In this document: positions 17,200 to 26,493 of the stretch, in pieces
Position numbering within the stretch: position 1 is the first letter of the stretch
Layout: every line of letters begins with the position of its first letter
DNA from: a virus
Lineage: Duplodnaviria; Heunggongvirae; Uroviricota; Caudoviricetes; Ackermannviridae
IMG/VR virus record: IMGVR_UViG_2974499353_000001
Coordinates: 1 to 40,720 of that record
Length of the DNA stretch: 40,720 bases
Strand: one strand, 5' to 3'
Position numbers and translations under genes: made by a program
The notes under the pieces: generated by a model
Databases searched by the model: none
What the model was told of the DNA's origin: nothing
What the model saw: only the letters and a program-made list of their open reading frames with translations

Positions 17200-17528
17200 G
17201 AATATTCTTTCCTGGACAAAAGGTTCCCGAAGAAATAGAAAAGGTCGAGCTATTCGGTTATAAAAGTGGCGACCCGTTCTTGCGATTTTCTTCACCATGT
17301 ATTGTAAAACGCAATAATGAAGGACATTATGTACGTCCAATCATTCTTATGGGTGCTGTCATGACGTTGAGAGCTAAAACGGATTCGACTGTCATTACCG
17401 GAAGTCCTAACATACCCAATGGGAAGACGACGATCAATTGTAAGCCTATCATTTCGTCTTGGGCATTAATAGGATTTCTATCTGTAGTCCTGTCTTATCG
17501 TTACCTTACTGATTTGGGGATCTTATGA
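17196..17528 (+). CDS. Hypothetical protein with C-terminal TM segment
   Basis: ATGA coupled; hydrophobic C-terminus [13 protein letters not shown]. Confidence 0.65.
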   Translation: MRIFFPGQKVPEEIEKVELFGYKSGDPFLRFSSPCIVKRNNEGHYVRPIILMGAVMTLRAKTDSTVITGSPNIPNGKTTINCKPIISSWALIGFLSVVLSYRYLTDLGIL

Positions 17529-17875
17529 AAAAGCCACGTATCACAGGACATCAACTCTGTGTCCTTCTGGGAATGTTGAATTTTGAAACCCATGATGACA
17601 GACGCCTTTGTCATTGGTATTTCAATCCGAAGTCTTGGACAAATGAAAAGGGCAAGACAGTATGGACATTCCATGTCCCTCCGATTGCGGGTGGGTTTCG
17701 TTCTGTAAAAGGTGATCCGTGGGATACACGTTCGGGGCAATCATTATTATCTAAAGGTCTGATCGAACCTTCATTCACTATGGTTCATGATGATTCTGAA
17801 GAGTATAAGCATTGGCCGAAATCAGAAGTAACATTCTACCGCCTGACTGAACTTGGTCGAGCTTGTACTGAATAA
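17525..17875 (+). CDS. Hypothetical protein, possible winged-helix
   Basis: SLLSKGLIE...FYRLTELGR resembles a wHTH wing. Confidence 0.6.
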   Translation: MKKPRITGHQLCVLLGMLNFETHDDRRLCHWYFNPKSWTNEKGKTVWTFHVPPIAGGFRSVKGDPWDTRSGQSLLSKGLIEPSFTMVHDDSEEYKHWPKSEVTFYRLTELGRACTE

Positions 17876-17882
17876 TAATTTA

Positions 17883-17921
17883 TTTTATTGAAGAAGGGGA
17901 AGGTATACTTCCCCTTGTTTT
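17883..17921 (+). promoter_or_regulatory. Box-type promoter TTTTATTGAA-N11-TATACT; -10 in a terminator-like hairpin
   Basis: Box 17883-17892; TATACT 17904-17909; stem AAGGGGAAG-GTATA-CTTCCCCTT 17894-17916, then GTTTT. Confidence 0.7.
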
Positions 17922-17937
17922 ATTGGGAGAGACAAAC

Positions 17938-18255
17938 ATGATTTCATTAAAAGAAATGTACGAACGCCTCGAAGAACTGAAATCTAAAGAACGCTTGTAT
18001 TCTGAAGAGAACGCAGAGATGTCAGATCTTATCGAAAAAATTGCGTTGCGTGAAAAGTATCTTCAACGTTATATCAATCATCCACCTCATATGGTTGAGC
18101 GCATGTCTACAATTCTCGAACTGGACAACAGCGGTGCAACAGGAAAAGAACTGATTGTCAAAGAGGTTCATTCCATGGTATCCCTCGGTCAGATCTTTGG
18201 CCGTGCCGACCAGGATGACATGATCTTCTTCCTTGAAAAGGCTCTGGTGAAATGA
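17938..18255 (+). CDS. Hypothetical protein
   Basis: GGGAG SD before ATG 17938. Confidence 0.7.
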   Translation: MISLKEMYERLEELKSKERLYSEENAEMSDLIEKIALREKYLQRYINHPPHMVERMSTILELDNSGATGKELIVKEVHSMVSLGQIFGRADQDDMIFFLEKALVK

Positions 18256-18656
18256 AACAATACCATTTGAATTATTCTCTCGTCCGTTCTGAAGACCGGA
18301 AAGAGTTGTGGCGTCGGCAGTTTGTGTACACACTAGGGGATAAAAATCAGAACCTTGGACTAAGACTTGCATTGGGTGTGTTAGTCACCGACGTGATTGA
18401 AATTTTTGAAAAGGATGTCGTAGGTCCATTATCGTTCGGGCACCAAAGGGTGGTGGACTTGGTCGGTTCTTCTCTAGATTCCGTCGATAGGGCTTTAACG
18501 ATGTATCCGCTGCCTGGTGAACGGAAAATCATCACAAAGTCCGATTGCGATTTTTCTACAAACTACACACTGACCATTACGGTAGAAGACATCGTTCCTG
18601 AGAAGCCGCGCAATCGCATTGTTGAACGCTTCGCTCGTCTTCTGAGAGGTGAATAA
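18252..18656 (+). CDS. Hypothetical protein
   Basis: Coupled at both ends. Confidence 0.7.
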   Translation: MKQYHLNYSLVRSEDRKELWRRQFVYTLGDKNQNLGLRLALGVLVTDVIEIFEKDVVGPLSFGHQRVVDLVGSSLDSVDRALTMYPLPGERKIITKSDCDFSTNYTLTITVEDIVPEKPRNRIVERFARLLRGE

Positions 18657-19177
18657 TGGCTATCAAACCACGTATGATGTTTGCTCATATGCGATCAGCT
18701 GCGGCATATGGTGTAACCAGTTATGCTCGGCGTCTGCAAGTCGGTTGTGTTATCGTAAACCCTGAAACTGATCAGCCTGTGGCTATCGGGTGGAACGGAA
18801 CGCCTCCTGGCATGCCGAATGTTTGTGAGATGGAACAACACGGGCAAATTGTTACAAACCCGTGTGTCGTTCATGCGGAGGAAAATGCTCTAATGCGTAT
18901 CCCCGAAAATGCAGATGATTTCACAGGGTTGGTTATGTTTGTGACACATAGTCCTTGCCCTAATTGCACTCAAAAGATAATAGATAGCGGTAAAATCGAT
19001 AAAGTATATTATCGTGAGCCATATCGTATTATGGATGGAATCAAAAAATTGATGAACGCTGGAATTGAAGTTTATCGGATGGTGGACGATATGGCGATTC
19101 TCCAGCACGTTTTCGACTATCAAGGAGAAGTCGGATACGAACAAATCTTATCTAACCCTGACAAAGTAAGGAATTAA
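18656..19177 (+). CDS. cd: dCMP deaminase
   Basis: VGCVIV, IGWNGTPPG, HAEENAL, THSPCPNC. Confidence 0.93.
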   Translation: MAIKPRMMFAHMRSAAAYGVTSYARRLQVGCVIVNPETDQPVAIGWNGTPPGMPNVCEMEQHGQIVTNPCVVHAEENALMRIPENADDFTGLVMFVTHSPCPNCTQKIIDSGKIDKVYYREPYRIMDGIKKLMNAGIEVYRMVDDMAILQHVFDYQGEVGYEQILSNPDKVRN

Positions 19178-19178
19178 A

Positions 19179-19586
19179 ATGCGTTACGTCGATCGTATGC
19201 TGGGCGAAAATGAACATGTGGTTGCCTTTACCCGTCCTACTTGGTGGAGCGGCTTCTGGATTTATGTTCTCGTCGCTTTAACAATTATTCCAACATTTGG
19301 TTTCAGTTTGTTATTCCTGATCCCAACTATCTTGAATGTGATGACCACGGAATTCGCAGTCACCAACAAACGGGTTATCGTAAAACGAGGATTTATCCGT
19401 CGTGATGCTGATGAACTTCGCCTGGGCAAAGTTGAGACCATCAAAGTGGATCAGTCCATCACAGGTCGTATTTTCAGATTTTCAACGATCAGCGTTATCG
19501 GGACAGGCGGTACTCGTTTGCTGGCAACAGGTTGTGCAAAAGGGAATGAGTTCCGTCAAAAAATTTACGAACGCCTGGCAGATTAA
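19179..19586 (+). CDS. Membrane protein with bacterial PH domain (bPH_2/YdbS-like)
   Basis: Hydrophobic N-terminal segment, then EFAVTNKRVIVKRGFI...KVETIKVDQSI.GRIF.FSTISV.G.GG. Confidence 0.8.
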   Translation: MRYVDRMLGENEHVVAFTRPTWWSGFWIYVLVALTIIPTFGFSLLFLIPTILNVMTTEFAVTNKRVIVKRGFIRRDADELRLGKVETIKVDQSITGRIFRFSTISVIGTGGTRLLATGCAKGNEFRQKIYERLAD

Positions 19587-19805
19587 ATGATTACCGCAGG
19601 ATACACATTAGATTTGTATTGTGAATGCGTGGAATGCAAATCTTGTGATTGGGCATGGCAAGAGCACCACCCCAGATGCGGGATGAAAACTTATGCTGGT
19701 GAAACTTGGGCTGATTGTGCTAGACAAGCCCGTTCGGAAGGATGGGTGATATGCAGGGACAAACAAACTTGTTTTGCCCCTGGACATCCAAGGAAATCAG
19801 GGTAA
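19587..19805 (+). CDS. Small Cys-rich hypothetical protein
   Basis: CECVEC...C...C...GW...CFAP; ends convergently with gp4. Confidence 0.65.
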   Translation: MITAGYTLDLYCECVECKSCDWAWQEHHPRCGMKTYAGETWADCARQARSEGWVICRDKQTCFAPGHPRKSG

Positions 19806-20417
19806 CAACAAACCGTCATCTTCAGGGTTTGTCGTTTGTTTGTTCGAAGTTTCCTTTTTCATCTGCTCTTTCAACGCATTAATTCTTTGAGCGCGACGTC
19901 GATCTTCTATTTCGACCTCGCGCTTTTTCTTAGAACGTAGTGCAAACTGTTTTTTAACTTCAGGATCTTCTCCTGGTACCAAATGCTCTTCCGTCCAAAT
20001 AATGAATTTCCAACCAACTTTAGCACAATGCTCTTTGGTGGCGGTCCATTTCGCTTGGTTCACCAACCATGTACGCATCGAATTATTGAACGTTGATTCC
20101 TTCATCGTTTTAGTTTTGCGAGGTTCTTTAATCTGGTCTTTGGGTTTTATTTCAATAAGAGTAATTTGTAATTCATCGGAATCCTGCCGACGAGTCCAAA
20201 CCTTCAAATCCATGAAATAACGATGGGCGCGGCCATCAACCGGAGATATGTAAGGGATTACAGTTTCTTCGTTTTCCCAAAAAATGATGGCGGGATTCAT
20301 ATCACAAAATTTAAAGGCGACAAGTTCTAGCGAAGAACGAAATACTATTTTGTTCACGTCGCCTTTATATTTCTTGGGATTTACGGGAACATACTTCCCC
20401 TGCAAATACATAGCCAT
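19797..20417 (-). CDS. gp4: Head completion protein (TnsA-like nuclease fold)
   Basis: G.Y.P.NP.KY.GD...I..RSS.E, IPYISPVDGR.HRYFMD, LIEIKP..Q, VNQAKW.A. Confidence 0.92.
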   Translation of the reverse strand: MAMYLQGKYVPVNPKKYKGDVNKIVFRSSLELVAFKFCDMNPAIIFWENEETVIPYISPVDGRAHRYFMDLKVWTRRQDSDELQITLIEIKPKDQIKEPRKTKTMKESTFNNSMRTWLVNQAKWTATKEHCAKVGWKFIIWTEEHLVPGEDPEVKKQFALRSKKKREVEIEDRRRAQRINALKEQMKKETSNKQTTNPEDDGLLLP

Positions 20418-20426
20418 ATTCTAGTC

Positions 20427-20433
20427 CTAAATA
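20427..20433 (+). promoter_or_regulatory. Late promoter core CTAAATA
   Basis: TAAATA core in the gp4/gp48 divergent gap, about 38 nt before the baseplate operon. Confidence 0.6.
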
Positions 20434-20470
20434 GTGTCATCACTCTATTCTAATTAAAGGGCTTCAGACC

Positions 20471-21439
20471 ATGGCGAATTTCAAGTCGACCATCGATAAG
20501 ATCAAAGTTCTGAACACAAAAGGCTTGGCCAAGTCTCAGAAGCAATTGGTCTATCCATTAGACATAACAGGGGGTAAAACCCTCGGCCATTATGTTCTAT
20601 TCAACATCAACCGAATATCTGGTTCTTCATATGGGGACACCACAACCCAAACCGTCGAAAATCCGATACAAAATCCATTGGGTAAGACTCCTGTGGTTTA
20701 CGGTTCTAAATCGGGTTCTATTAGCAAATATGCTTGGGCGCGTCATGTCCGCTCTAACGAGTCAATTGTGTTGTGTATGCCCGAATCCATTACAACCAAC
20801 TATGGCGTTGGCTGGAACGGCTCCGAGTTGGGATTAGCAGGTATGGGTGCCCAATTCTTATCACGCGCCGCCCAAGATATGAGTCAATTCAAACTTGGGG
20901 ATGCTTTGAATGTTGGGAAAGAAATGGGGAGATTTGCGGCGACAAAGGCCATCCAATCTGCTTCGGAAGCAATTCCTTTCTTGCCGACAATTAATGCTCA
21001 TGATACATTAGAATTGTTTACAGGTACGATGACCAACCCGTATGTGGAAATGATTTTCCAAGGGGTGCGCAACCGAGAAATCCCGTTCACATTCAAATTC
21101 ACTCCAAGATCGCAAAAAGAGGCGAAAATGGTGCGGGAGATTATCCGTTTATTCAAGATGCACATGTATCCAGAATACAAATACAACAAGAATTCCAGCG
21201 CATTCTATCTTCATCCATCCACGTTTGATATCACGTTCATGGTCCAGGGAGAACGCAACAAATGGTTGCATCGGATATCGACTTGCGTCCTATCAAATAT
21301 GTTTGTCAACGAGACGCCTGACTCTTCATATGCCGTACACAAAGATGACAGCATCGTGTCGACACAAATCGACATGACGTTTATAGAACTAGAACCGTTG
21401 CACAAAGGCCGCTTTGATACCGAAGGCGACAGCTTCTAA
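20471..21439 (+). CDS. gp48: Baseplate tail-tube cap
   Basis: NPY.EMIFQG...R.FTFKFTPRS.KEA..VREII..FK..MYP, CVLSNM.VN.TP. Confidence 0.88.
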   Translation: MANFKSTIDKIKVLNTKGLAKSQKQLVYPLDITGGKTLGHYVLFNINRISGSSYGDTTTQTVENPIQNPLGKTPVVYGSKSGSISKYAWARHVRSNESIVLCMPESITTNYGVGWNGSELGLAGMGAQFLSRAAQDMSQFKLGDALNVGKEMGRFAATKAIQSASEAIPFLPTINAHDTLELFTGTMTNPYVEMIFQGVRNREIPFTFKFTPRSQKEAKMVREIIRLFKMHMYPEYKYNKNSSAFYLHPSTFDITFMVQGERNKWLHRISTCVLSNMFVNETPDSSYAVHKDDSIVSTQIDMTFIELEPLHKGRFDTEGDSF

Positions 21440-21452
21440 GGAGAAAGATGCC

Positions 21453-22010
21453 ATGAAATATTTTGAGAAATTTCCACTCGTGTGGCATCAATTAATTGGT
21501 GTCAAAGAGGATGACCAAGTCCTGTTGCAGAACTTAACACGACGGGTTATGGTTGTTAAGAAAATTAGGGACATAGAAGGGCTTCTCCTGCCGTATACTG
21601 TTTTTGATGGGGAAACCCCAAGGTCTTTTGCCGAACGCGTCTACGGTTCCTTCGAGCTGTTTTGGATCCCATGTCTTATCAATGGTATCATGGACATCAC
21701 AGAGGACTGGCCAAAACCAGAGCGCCGTATCATTGAAGAACTGACGGCTCGATACGGCCTTGACGGAATGTGGGATGTGAAATACTACGTTGACGAATTC
21801 GGTCATGAAACAGATCCTAGAGCAATACGTTTAGCATATGGCCTTGGTTCTATGGATGATTCCACGATTATCGCCAACTATGGTCTGACAGGTATTACAT
21901 ATCATGATGATGCTATAAACAAAAACGAAGCCAAACGGAATATTCAGGTTCTAGACCCAGATTATGTTTCTTCCTTTGTTAATCAGCTGGAACAGGAGCT
22001 GACCAAATGA
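21453..22010 (+). CDS. gp53: Baseplate wedge subunit
   Basis: MKYFEKFP, Y.V.DGETP..FAERVYGS...W...LINGI.D...DWP, NEAKRNI.VL.P.Y. Confidence 0.88.
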   Translation: MKYFEKFPLVWHQLIGVKEDDQVLLQNLTRRVMVVKKIRDIEGLLLPYTVFDGETPRSFAERVYGSFELFWIPCLINGIMDITEDWPKPERRIIEELTARYGLDGMWDVKYYVDEFGHETDPRAIRLAYGLGSMDDSTIIANYGLTGITYHDDAINKNEAKRNIQVLDPDYVSSFVNQLEQELTK

Positions 22011-23395
22011 TCGAAAATAAAGAATCCCAGGACGGAATTTTAACTCCGTCCACAACATTTGATTTGAAATATATGGCGATATTACCGCACACACCTGAAG
22101 GCGGTACTCCCAAGCCTTATGACCTTTCATCGTTGTTTCAAGAATTCAACGTATATCAGGATCTTGGTCTGGAAGGGAATGCTTCACCGTCGCTGACAGC
22201 TAATATTCTGATCAAAGAAGGCTGGGATATATTGGATACAATGCCAATCCTCGGAGGTGAGGAAGTAGTGGTATCGTTCAAATCACCTGCGGCTTCCGAC
22301 TACACTACGCTTTCATTGCGAGTCAGTCGGGTGGGGAGAGTTGCTGACGAATCGAACTCTTCTTCGAAAAAGGCATTCTGGTTGCACTTGGTGACAACAG
22401 ACGCGTATCGAGATAGCATGTTGCGTAAATCTGTTGGATTAAGCGGTTCTTATTCTGAGATGGCAGCTAAAATCTTTGAGCAACTGAATTCACGCACCAA
22501 ATTTGAAGACATAGATCCTTCATATGGGATACAAGAAAGGTTCGCTACCCCTCTTTGGCCTGTACTCCGCTCCATAGATTATATGGCCAGCCGTGCATAT
22601 GACGAATTATTCATGCCATTCGTTTTCTATGAAGACTTTACGGGTTATCACTTCAAAAGCATGACGACGTTGTTCAACCAGGGCAACCAGTCTATGACTG
22701 CTGAAGAGAAGCAAGAGGCTTCTATTGAAAAGAAATTCTTCCGAGACCCTCAAGACGCGCCGTTGATGCAGGATAACAATTTCAACTCAGAACGTTTCAT
22801 GCGGACTATAATCAAGGCTGAAAAGAAACTGGCGCGTGATCAGTACATGGCGAATTATCGGGATATCTTGGCAGTGAACGAGCGCGTGTATGACTTTAGT
22901 ACAAAATCCACGACAGCGACCCAACGCATTTATTCAGAATGGTTTGACAGCACTGCTCACCTTGATCCGTTCCCTTTGTTCTCTGATCAATTCGACCGCG
23001 AGAACGTTAGGTACATTGAAGCGCAACCGGATGGTGCCGAACAAATAGATTACGCACGACGCGTTATAGAATTCAGCCTCGCGTCAACGGTTATGCGTTT
23101 GCTGGTCGTGGGGGATAACCGCCTGAATGTTGGGCAGGTTTATTATATTGAAGATTTGTCGAACCGCCCGAAATCTAATGAAAACATTGCCGAGTTAAGT
23201 AAGTTATCAACAGGCCATTATATCGTCACAAAGATACGCCACAAGATTTCACGCCTGACAAATGATTATCAATGCGTCGCCGAGATTGCCAAAGATAGTA
23301 TGATCCAGAAGGTCTTACCACCTCAGACTGGTCAAACTGTGGCTTCTACACCAACCCCGACGCCAATAGAGAAAGGACAAGCCCAGAAGGTCTGA
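22007..23395 (+). CDS. Baseplate hub protein (gp27-like)
   Basis: FNVYQDL...L.GGEEVVVSF, FVFYED..G.HF.S, V.GDNRL.VG, TG.YIVT.IRH; located between gp53 and gp29. Confidence 0.75.
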   Translation: MIENKESQDGILTPSTTFDLKYMAILPHTPEGGTPKPYDLSSLFQEFNVYQDLGLEGNASPSLTANILIKEGWDILDTMPILGGEEVVVSFKSPAASDYTTLSLRVSRVGRVADESNSSSKKAFWLHLVTTDAYRDSMLRKSVGLSGSYSEMAAKIFEQLNSRTKFEDIDPSYGIQERFATPLWPVLRSIDYMASRAYDELFMPFVFYEDFTGYHFKSMTTLFNQGNQSMTAEEKQEASIEKKFFRDPQDAPLMQDNNFNSERFMRTIIKAEKKLARDQYMANYRDILAVNERVYDFSTKSTTATQRIYSEWFDSTAHLDPFPLFSDQFDRENVRYIEAQPDGAEQIDYARRVIEFSLASTVMRLLVVGDNRLNVGQVYYIEDLSNRPKSNENIAELSKLSTGHYIVTKIRHKISRLTNDYQCVAEIAKDSMIQKVLPPQTGQTVASTPTPTPIEKGQAQKV

Positions 23396-23405
23396 GAGGT
23401 GACAA

Positions 23406-25346
23406 ATGGCAGATAACAATCAACCGACACCAGGGCAGCAAGACATCGTCAAGGTTTTGGATAAAATCAAAAAAGAAATGATGGAGCGCAAGCAATTGCG
23501 CGCCCAATCCGAGACGAATAAACAGCTCGCAGATGTCAACAAACAACTGCAATCTCTGAAGACACGCCAGGCGTCTAATCAGGAGCAGAAAGTCCCGCCA
23601 ATTAAATTCCCATCGGTGAATGATATTGTTGGTGGGTTTGTCCGCGTCAGTCCTATTTTCACAAGGGATTACAGCACTTGGATGAAAGACACCGTCAGCC
23701 TTTCCAAGGACGGAAATGAAGAACTGATGCGAATCGCAACCAAAATAGAAAAATTTGGCGAAGCGGCGAATGGTCCTGTTGATGATATGTCTGTTGAATA
23801 TCTTGACATGATATCAGATCAATTGGGCGCGGCCAACGAAGATAGTCTTGAACGCCTTGATGGATTAAAGGATAAGCTGGCGTTGGTCGGAGGGGAGATC
23901 GTAAACCTGACTGACATAATGCTTCAAACGCATAAGGACACGCTGGATTTCAATAAAGATGCCAGTAACGAAACTGTTACCCGCCTCGACAGCATTGATG
24001 ACAAATTGGGATACATGAACGAAGATCTTAATGATACTCTGACACGTATCTATGAAAGTGATCAAAAATATAGAGAAGAAGAGAAATTCCGTCGTGGCGA
24101 AGAAGGTAAGGAAAACAAGAACAACCCAGAGGCTGGTTCTATCCCTCCGTCTGAGCCTAAACAAGATGGTCAATCTTCTGGGTTAGGCGCGGCGCTGGGG
24201 GCACTCCTTGGACTGGGTGCGTTAAAACTCCTGATGTCCCCATTAAAACTTGTTGGTGGCTTCATTAAATTATTCATGGGGTTTGGTGCTGGGATCGGCG
24301 GGTTACTTGCGCCTCTGAAAGCAGCAACCAAGATGCTTCGAGTTGGACCTCTGGCGTTAATAACATCTGTATTTGAATTCGGTAAAGGTTTCTTTAATGC
24401 TAAAGAAATCCTTGGTAAAGCGCAAGTATCGATCGTTGATCGGGTTCAGGCAGGGATAACAGAGCTGGTCGGTAGTTTCGGGGATCTCGCTGATTGGGTT
24501 GCTGAAATATTCGGATGGAACAATGCTGGGTTTGGAAAGGCGTTCCGTGAACAAGTGCTGAAAATGACCGAAGCGCCCGTGCGTTGGTTGAACTCGATTG
24601 TTGATTGGGTCACCAACGATTTGTTTGCGGGTATCGGGAAGAGTACATCACTGACCGAAATCCCTGGTAAACTTGCAGACAACTTACAAGGCCAATTGAT
24701 AAAATTGGTTGATTGGGTAACGGGCGGGATATCGGGATTGATTGATGATGGCATGGCGGCTGCAAATAAAGTCGTTGAAGATATGAAGAAAGGATTTGCG
24801 GAAAACGTGAAGAAACCATTCTTTAATATGTTGAATGCCATAACCAATGCCATGTTTGATATCGTGGATAAATTCGTGAGTATCATACCTGATGCTCTGG
24901 GTGGTGAAGCAGCCAGGAACAAAATGGCGGAAGCAAGACAGTCTATGCTAATCAGCCAAGACGATAAGGCTCCTGAGAATGCGTCTACGCCGCCAAGCAG
25001 CCAATCACCAGCACAACCCAATGCCAATATCAGCACGTTAACTCCAATGCCTTCTGGGGTGTCCTCAGACGCTGTCAACGTTACGGATAGAACTTCACAA
25101 TTGAAAGACGCATACGCAGGGATTGGGGGAGGTACTCTGGGCGGGGCTTATCCGGTTCAAGGAAGAGCAGCCAATAACATCGAAGAAGTTAAATCCGCCT
25201 ATGCTAACCCGCCAGCCAGTGTTGTGGTTCCAGTACAACAAAATGTGGACAACTCGAAGAAAGTCAGTACGACGAACAACTTCAATAGTTCACAGTTGGA
25301 GCCGTCCAACCGTACTGATACAGGGCGCATTCTCTGGGATTGGTAA
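23406..25346 (+). CDS. gp29: Baseplate hub / tail length determinator (gp29-like tape measure)
   Basis: 646-aa helical/coiled-coil protein with a Gly-rich hydrophobic segment; syntenic. Confidence 0.7.
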   Translation: MADNNQPTPGQQDIVKVLDKIKKEMMERKQLRAQSETNKQLADVNKQLQSLKTRQASNQEQKVPPIKFPSVNDIVGGFVRVSPIFTRDYSTWMKDTVSLSKDGNEELMRIATKIEKFGEAANGPVDDMSVEYLDMISDQLGAANEDSLERLDGLKDKLALVGGEIVNLTDIMLQTHKDTLDFNKDASNETVTRLDSIDDKLGYMNEDLNDTLTRIYESDQKYREEEKFRRGEEGKENKNNPEAGSIPPSEPKQDGQSSGLGAALGALLGLGALKLLMSPLKLVGGFIKLFMGFGAGIGGLLAPLKAATKMLRVGPLALITSVFEFGKGFFNAKEILGKAQVSIVDRVQAGITELVGSFGDLADWVAEIFGWNNAGFGKAFREQVLKMTEAPVRWLNSIVDWVTNDLFAGIGKSTSLTEIPGKLADNLQGQLIKLVDWVTGGISGLIDDGMAAANKVVEDMKKGFAENVKKPFFNMLNAITNAMFDIVDKFVSIIPDALGGEAARNKMAEARQSMLISQDDKAPENASTPPSSQSPAQPNANISTLTPMPSGVSSDAVNVTDRTSQLKDAYAGIGGGTLGGAYPVQGRAANNIEEVKSAYANPPASVVVPVQQNVDNSKKVSTTNNFNSSQLEPSNRTDTGRILWDW

Positions 25347-26009
25347 TCAAATTCCGTGGGCAAGGATTAGCTCACGGAGTTTTCCTTTTGTGTATTCTGT
25401 GTTTTCATCAGGAACAACTGAATTGGTTTTCTTTAATAAAAAGGACTCAGAGTTCCAATAGATGTCATCCTTGAGTATTGTATCATATAAATGGATGAAC
25501 CCCACTACTTTATTCAATCCAACTAGAAACCAAATTGGATAGCGTTTAACAATAATATCTGTCAGTAAAGGTGGATGCCCATTACCATTTCCTTTGATAT
25601 ATTGGATAAAATTCACGCCTCTTTCTTTTATCTCAGGGATCATATATCTCTCAAAATGTTCAAGAAAATTATATGAGAAGTTGTCATACAGGCGGCGATA
25701 TTCATTATAATTTTCTTGAGCCTGACGGGTGAGTAATGTTGTCACCCATGTTTTTGGTGATTTAACAAAGTTGGCGATGATATAATTTTCCACCACTTCA
25801 CCCTGGGAAGATTCAAACCGACGAGCAAGTTTGGCAAATTGTTTGGCCACACCCTGTTTAGAATAGAACGTTTCAAACTTGTAATTGTTCATCGGCCCAT
25901 ACAGGCCATAATCAAAATCTTTGGTGGTGAAATGCAACTTGATCGCCATATATATGCAATAAACGTTAAATGCACGTTCGTATTGCATTTTCTCCCACTC
26001 AGTTATCAT
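25347..26009 (-). CDS. gp59: Helicase loader
   Basis: Y.IYMAIKLHFTT..FD..Y.G, F.KLAR.F, NYNEY.R; aromatic-rich T4 gp59 pattern. Confidence 0.85.
   Translation of the reverse strand: MITEWEKMQYERAFNVYCIYMAIKLHFTTKDFDYGLYGPMNNYKFETFYSKQGVAKQFAKLARRFESSQGEVVENYIIANFVKSPKTWVTTLLTRQAQENYNEYRRLYDNFSYNFLEHFERYMIPEIKERGVNFIQYIKGNGNGHPPLLTDIIVKRYPIWFLVGLNKVVGFIHLYDTILKDDIYWNSESFLLKKTNSVVPDENTEYTKGKLRELILAHGI
25350..25384 (+). terminator. Terminator of the baseplate operon, inside the antisense gp59 3' end
   Basis: TCCGTGGGC-AAGGATTA-GCTCACGGA then GTTTT; G-T pairs fold on the + transcript. Confidence 0.6.
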
Positions 26010-26163
26010 GGCGTTTCTCCCTGCTTTTCTGTTTCTGTAATCTGCGGCGTTCAGAACAGAACTGATTGAACTCCGTCACCAAGCCTTTCTCCTTTATAAA
26101 GAGAATGGCGTTTCGAAAAGCAATTCCAATCTTGGCATATGACGGCGGATTTTTACCAACCAC
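25999..26163 (-). CDS. 54-aa basic protein, paralog-like of the adjacent HTH protein C-terminus
   Basis: GAGGAG SD then GTG at 26163; shares A..FI...G...EF..F with the 26153..26416 product. Confidence 0.55.
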   Translation of the reverse strand: MVGKNPPSYAKIGIAFRNAILFIKEKGLVTEFNQFCSERRRLQKQKSREKRHDN

Positions 26164-26416
26164 GTGATCTCTCCTCTGTGCGAACGAAACGTTGAAACTC
26201 TTCTGTCTTCCCTTGTCGGTGAATAAAAACCAACGCCAGAATAAAACGCCGAAAAGATTTTGGGATAAGACGATAACCGTTTGTCCAATTATAGACAACG
26301 TCAGAACAATTCATCATCTTCATCATCTGTAATTCAGAAACTCCCAATTCCCTCATAATGTTTATGAGATTAAGAGAATCATTGTCTTTCCTTGGTTTCT
26401 TATCAATAAGTTTCAT
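26153..26416 (-). CDS. Putative HTH (XRE/Cro-like) regulator
   Basis: IMRELGVSELQMMKMMNCSDVVYNWTNG.R.IP fits an HTH_XRE pattern; has its own promoter. Confidence 0.65.
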   Translation of the reverse strand: MKLIDKKPRKDNDSLNLINIMRELGVSELQMMKMMNCSDVVYNWTNGYRLIPKSFRRFILALVFIHRQGKTEEFQRFVRTEERSRGW

Positions 26417-26443
26417 AATAACACCTGGTAATGATTTCTTGGA

Positions 26444-26469
26444 ATTATACTGCTACTGTCTTTATTGAA
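26444..26469 (-). promoter_or_regulatory. Box-type promoter TTCAATAAAG-N10-TATAAT
   Basis: On - strand TTCAAT-N14-TATAAT (plus ATTATA 26444-26449, ATTGAA 26464-26469), upstream of the HTH gene. Confidence 0.7.
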
Positions 26470-26470
26470 T

Positions 26471-26488
26471 GGGGTTCCGAAGAACCCC
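26471..26488 (-). terminator. cUUCGg hairpin after ligase
   Basis: GGGGTTC-TTCG-GAACCCC on the - strand; poor U-tract. Confidence 0.65.
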
Positions 26489-26493
26489 GATTT

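Noticed and set aside
24446-25078. 210-aa antisense ORF inside gp29 (and the many 60-140-aa shadow ORFs opposite rIIA, topoisomerase, ligase, helicase, gp2 and gp54)
   Set aside because: Fully nested antisense to well-supported genes, with no SD and no recognisable motifs; expected from codon bias on the opposite strand.
25999-26298. 99-aa version of the ORF upstream of gp59
   Set aside because: It would overlap the HTH gene by 146 nt. A GAGGAG SD with GTG at 26163 gives a cleaner 54-aa gene. A frameshift fusion has no slippery-site support.
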